The translations under genes and the position numbers were made by a program. From Pedosphaera sp. (GTDB lineage Bacteria; Verrucomicrobiota; Verrucomicrobiia; Limisphaerales; SIBH01): a DNA stretch of 64,000 bases. Below the pieces are notes generated by a model that had not been told where the DNA came from, did no database searches, and saw only the letters and a program-made list of their open reading frames with translations. The DNA lies in contig JANOQV010000308.1 in NCBI GenBank assembly GCA_031414955.1, forward strand, positions 1 through 64,000. The letters are read 5' to 3'. This document shows, one piece after another, positions 60,107 through 64,000 of the stretch (positions are counted from its first letter, which is position 1; each line of letters begins with the position of its first letter).

Positions 60107-62513
60107 CCTCGCGCGCGGTCGCAGTGCGCCAGGCACCTTCTCTCACCGAGATCGTGGTCGAGCCTGCGGCTCCAGTGTGGAGGACGGCGGCCCCAGTGCG
60201 GCGCAGCCGGGAGAGCAACGCGTGGCTGGCCCGGCGCGACAGGGATGTCTCGGAATCCGCAATCACGATCAGCCGCGGCTTCAACACCGCGAGCCATTCC
60301 GCCGCCAAAGGCTCGTCCTTGACCGGCAATCCGGCGATGACGATGTCGGCCCGCAAGTCGGAATGCCGTTTAACAAAAGCGTTCTGCCCGGCCTTGCCCA
60401 ACTGCGGAACCAGCAGCACGCGCACGCCCTCAAACTCGCCCCACGCCACGATGGCGTTGTCTTCCGCCAGCGGAAATCGCTCCGCAGGCCCGGGGTGCAG
60501 GATGATCCAGGGCCGTGCAGCGAAGCCATTCGTGGCGAGGCGGCGCACGCGACCAAGCTTTTCCAACTCGGTGAGCGTGCTTTGGTAGGCGGCGGAGCGA
60601 AATGCCACCGGCGAAACGAGAATGTCCTCGAAGCGAAAAGCCGTTCGCAGTTCCGACACTCCACCAAAGAAATCGGAATCCCCATGCGTCAGGACCAGGT
60701 GTTCGAGACGATTCACCCCGCGTGCTTGGAGAAATGGTTTCAACGTGAATCCCGCTCCGCTCCGGCTGCCGCAATTGATCAGCCACTGCTCGCCCCCTCG
60801 CGCTGGTTCGAGGTAAATGATGTGGGAGCCGCCCACCGGCAGCACGGTCAACCGGTGCCAGGCGCGCTCCTGACGCCAGTCGATGATCCAAGCCGCTAAA
60901 AACAGCACAGCCGCGAATCCGAAGAACCAGCGCGCCCGACGGAAAGTGAACCAGCCGCCGCACAGCGCGAGGAGCAGACCGTAATAGAGCAAGAACAGCA
61001 GCGGACCGGGCGCGCGGACATGGCACCAGGCGGCGGGCAACTCGGCGGCGCGTTCGCTCAACCAGGTCATGAACCACATGAAGAACCAGCCGCTGTGGTT
61101 AAACAACTCGGTCAAGAACGGTGCCAGGTCGCCCGTGACCAGCGCGCCCAAACCGCTCATCAGCGCGAGCGAGCTGATGGGCACGACGACCAGATTCGCC
61201 AGCAGGCTGCCCGGCGTGAAGAGATGGAAGTAATAAGCCATCAACGGCGCGGAACCGATGAACGCGGCCAGCGAGGTGGCAAACCCTTTCCAGACCAGGT
61301 GACTGATTTCGATCAGAAACCGCTGTCCGCGAGGACGCAATTCGTAGGGCAGCAATGGATCGAGGAGGAACAGGCGAACGCGCAGCCGCTCAATCGGCGG
61401 CGCGAGCAACGCCAGGCTGAGCACGACGAAGAACGAAAGCTGGAAACCGGCCTGGAACAATTGTTCCGGCTGCCAGACCAAAATGACACACGCGGCGGTG
61501 GCCAGGGAATTGAGCAGACTCGGCGGACGTTTCAGCGCAGAGCCGAGGATGATGACACTCATCATGACCGTGGAGCGAATGGCCGAAGCCTGCCAACCCG
61601 TCGCCGCAGTATAGAACCAGATGAGACCAACCACCGTGCAGCCTCCGATCAGCCGCGGCACCGCCACCGCCCGCAGCAGCGCCAGAAAAATCCAGGCGAT
61701 GAGCGCGATGTGCAGGCCGCTGATGGCAAAGATGTGCATGGTGCCCGAGCGCATGAACGGCTCCGAAACTTCGGACGTGAGCGCCGTCTGCCAGCCGAGC
61801 AGCATGGCCCATTGCAGCCGCAGCGGTTCATCTTCCACCGGCAGCCCGCGCGCGAGTGTGCGCTGCGCCCAGACGCGGAATCGTTCCGCCATCGGTAGCG
61901 GCACCGGAACGCCGAAAACCTTCCAGAGCTGCGGCGATTCGATCTTCAACTCGTAGTGAAGGCCGCGCAGCGCAAGGTGTCGGCCATAATCGAAGAGTTC
62001 CACCGCCACCGGCGGGGGCGGTGGTAGAGCCAGGCCGGAGACTTCTACCCGCTGCCCGTCGAAGAAATCCCGGGCCAGGACACCGCCCGTCCTCGACATG
62101 ATTCGCCCGTGCGCGGGCTGCCAAGGACCGCGCCCGAGGCGGACTGCGGTGACTTTCAACTCGGCCAGGGTGTGGGATTTCTCCACGCTGCCCTGGAGGA
62201 AGATTCTTTGCGAAGGCGTAGCGACGATTTCACCGCGCGCTTCGATGAGTTTTGGGTTATCGCCAAGGAGCAAGCGAAGATCTTGCGGCGAGACGACCGT
62301 CGTTCGCGAAGTCAGGTTCGACCACCCGAAGAGCAACAACGCCGCCGGGAGCAGCAACCCGCGCAGGGTGCTCGCGATCAAAGCCGCGAGCAGGAGTCCG
62401 AACGCGACCAGCCAGGCCGCAAGCAACGGCGCCTCAACAAAATGTCCGAGCACCACTCCCGTGCCATAGAGCAAAGCCACGGGCACCATCGGCTGTTTCA
62501 TCGCGCCCTCCAT
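60051..62513 (-). CDS. comEC: ComEC/Rec2 DNA uptake protein
   Basis: SGTMHIFAISGLH, SAIRS.VM, GFQLSF, ANLVVVP; C-terminal MBL-like domain. Confidence 0.92.
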   Translation of the reverse strand: MEGAMKQPMVPVALLYGTGVVLGHFVEAPLLAAWLVAFGLLLAALIASTLRGLLLPAALLLFGWSNLTSRTTVVSPQDLRLLLGDNPKLIEARGEIVATPSQRIFLQGSVEKSHTLAELKVTAVRLGRGPWQPAHGRIMSRTGGVLARDFFDGQRVEVSGLALPPPPPVAVELFDYGRHLALRGLHYELKIESPQLWKVFGVPVPLPMAERFRVWAQRTLARGLPVEDEPLRLQWAMLLGWQTALTSEVSEPFMRSGTMHIFAISGLHIALIAWIFLALLRAVAVPRLIGGCTVVGLIWFYTAATGWQASAIRSTVMMSVIILGSALKRPPSLLNSLATAACVILVWQPEQLFQAGFQLSFFVVLSLALLAPPIERLRVRLFLLDPLLPYELRPRGQRFLIEISHLVWKGFATSLAAFIGSAPLMAYYFHLFTPGSLLANLVVVPISSLALMSGLGALVTGDLAPFLTELFNHSGWFFMWFMTWLSERAAELPAAWCHVRAPGPLLFLLYYGLLLALCGGWFTFRRARWFFGFAAVLFLAAWIIDWRQERAWHRLTVLPVGGSHIIYLEPARGGEQWLINCGSRSGAGFTLKPFLQARGVNRLEHLVLTHGDSDFFGGVSELRTAFRFEDILVSPVAFRSAAYQSTLTELEKLGRVRRLATNGFAARPWIILHPGPAERFPLAEDNAIVAWGEFEGVRVLLVPQLGKAGQNAFVKRHSDLRADIVIAGLPVKDEPLAAEWLAVLKPRLIVIADSETSLSRRASHALLSRLRRTGAAVLHTGAAGSTTISVREGAWRTATAREVIASEPAREMAAPDARGE

Positions 62514-62568
62514 GTGCCTGGGGTGAACGGCTCCATGTTCGTGTGGAAGAAACGCGGCGGGCGCGCGG

Positions 62569-63750
62569 TCAGGACTGGCTCAACCGTTTTTTCGGCGCGT
62601 CGAACAACAGGGCATGGGTCTCCTCAAGAATCGCGGGAATGCGTTCGGCAAACGGGCTGCGGGCAAGCAGTGTCCTCCAATCCACCGTGCGGGCCTGCGC
62701 GGCGTTCTCGCCGGGGAACCAATGGTCGGCCTGACCCAACAGGTTGTAGCGCATCTTGCCCCAGGCCACGAGGTCGAGCGACTTCGCGTAGGTCCAGAGG
62801 CGCAGAATTTCAGTGAGGTTAATCTCCCCCGGCACCTCGACGTATTCCGGCAAGCCCTCGCGCCAGCGTTCGCACCAGTCGCGGCCGAGCGTGGCCAGCA
62901 TCTCGTCACGCCAGCGCTGCTCGATCGGAGCGATGACTTCGGTGATGCGGTCGTAATGCGCCAGCGCGGCGACGTGTTCATCGAAATCGCCGGGCCGGGC
63001 CGCGCCGCAACTGAGAGTGTGAACTTCCGGGCGCGCGAGGCAGAAAAGGTCGTTGAACTGCATGGGCGTGAGCGGGGCGCAGAACTTCACCAGCTTGGCC
63101 GGCGGCTCGTAAAGTTTTCCGCCCTTGTCGTTCGGACTGATGATGAAGACGCCCATGTCCCGCGCCGCCGCCGCGCGCACGGCCGTCCAGTTCAGATCAT
63201 TTACGAAATACCAGTGGACGTTCATGTAGTCGAAGCCGCCGCTGTTCACGGCGTCGAGGATGATGTCGGTGGTGGCGTGGGTGGAGAAACCGATGTGGCG
63301 GGCGCGGCCTTCGCTTTGCAGTTTGCGCGCCGCTTCCAGGCAGCCGCCCTTGCGCAGCGACCATTCGAGATGCTGCCGGTTATTGATGCCGTGCAAAGAA
63401 AGCAGCTCCACATGGTCGAGCCGCAGATACTTCATCGACTGATCAAAAGTGCGGCGGAATTCGTCGGCCGTCGCGGACGGCGCGACCTTGGTCTGTACGA
63501 TCAGTTGCTTGCGCGGGAAGGTCGGGAGCACCGAGCCGAGCTGCATCTCGGAGGAACCGTAGCCGCGCGCGGTCTCGATATGGTTGATGCCGAGCGCGAC
63601 GGCGCGGCGAATGGTGGCTTCGAGATTGGCCTGATTGTCCGGCGGCACTTCGCCAGGGTCCACGTCCTGCCATTTGTATTGGTAGCGCATCCCGCCGCAG
63701 GAGATGACGGGCATCTGAAGTTCTGTTTTGCCAAAGCGCCGGTATTTCAC
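62569..63750 (-). CDS. Aldo/keto reductase family protein
   Basis: [38 protein letters not shown]. Confidence 0.92.
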   Translation of the reverse strand: MKYRRFGKTELQMPVISCGGMRYQYKWQDVDPGEVPPDNQANLEATIRRAVALGINHIETARGYGSSEMQLGSVLPTFPRKQLIVQTKVAPSATADEFRRTFDQSMKYLRLDHVELLSLHGINNRQHLEWSLRKGGCLEAARKLQSEGRARHIGFSTHATTDIILDAVNSGGFDYMNVHWYFVNDLNWTAVRAAAARDMGVFIISPNDKGGKLYEPPAKLVKFCAPLTPMQFNDLFCLARPEVHTLSCGAARPGDFDEHVAALAHYDRITEVIAPIEQRWRDEMLATLGRDWCERWREGLPEYVEVPGEINLTEILRLWTYAKSLDLVAWGKMRYNLLGQADHWFPGENAAQARTVDWRTLLARSPFAERIPAILEETHALLFDAPKKRLSQS

Positions 63751-63864
63751 GGGCGGGAGCGTGAAGGGAGAACGACCAAACGGGAAGCGGGAAGTGCGGA
63801 ACGGAACAGCGTGACCGGGGCGGCGGCGAAACGCGGCGGAGTGGCGGGCACGCGCCGGGCGCGT

Positions 63865-63966
63865 TCAGGACGCGAGCAGCGCCACGATCTTCTGCACGAG
63901 CAGAATGACCGCCAGCAACAAAGTGCCGGGAATCAGGCTCAACGGACTGGTAATGGTCCTATTCAC
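63865..63966 (-). CDS. Short hydrophobic ORF, or 3' end of a gene running off the window
   Basis: (V)NRTITSPLSLIPGTLLLAVILLVQKIVALLAS*; the frame stays open to the window edge. Confidence 0.35.
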   Translation of the reverse strand: MNRTITSPLSLIPGTLLLAVILLVQKIVALLAS

Positions 63967-64000
63967 AAGTTTGCAATCGGAACAATTCAGCAGGACTTGA

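Overview
GC-rich bacterial chromosomal segment, most likely Verrucomicrobiota of the Pedosphaera/Limisphaerales type. This is an inference from the PSCyt/DUF1549-DUF1553 + DUF1501 pair, a secreted protein ending in ...QRFFRVVVP, the long IspG and the insertion-bearing GAPDH. Most of the window is core or envelope genes: rluA/rluD-like, lspA, rpsU, cdsA-dxr-rseP-ispG, modABC, kdsA-kdsC-lptC-lptA-lptB, gap, ppx, trxA, nadB, pilT/pilU/pilC-like, comEC and tRNA-Val(GAC). It also carries lineage-typical secreted proteins (CotH kinase, lamin-tail/DUF3616 protein, S8 protease) and a cytoplasmic hybrid histidine kinase. I found no integrase, transposase, reverse transcriptase or CRISPR array. Most unusual signals: (1) a lower-GC orphan HExxH metallopeptidase-like ORF between two diverged copies of the DUF1553-end/DUF1501-start junction, apparently inheriting the start codon and twin-arginine leader; (2) an unannotated ~165-nt rod-like structured RNA candidate downstream of nadB; (3) inverted heptamer arrays and several REP/MITE families, some nested, some translated inside ispG, kdsC and DUF1501, one supplying a stop codon; (4) a tail-anchored disordered protein with TxxI/L motifs upstream of trxA-pilC; (5) a ~90-bp fold-back at the window start that may be an assembly artefact. 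All alignments and counts were made by eye and no database searches were run.
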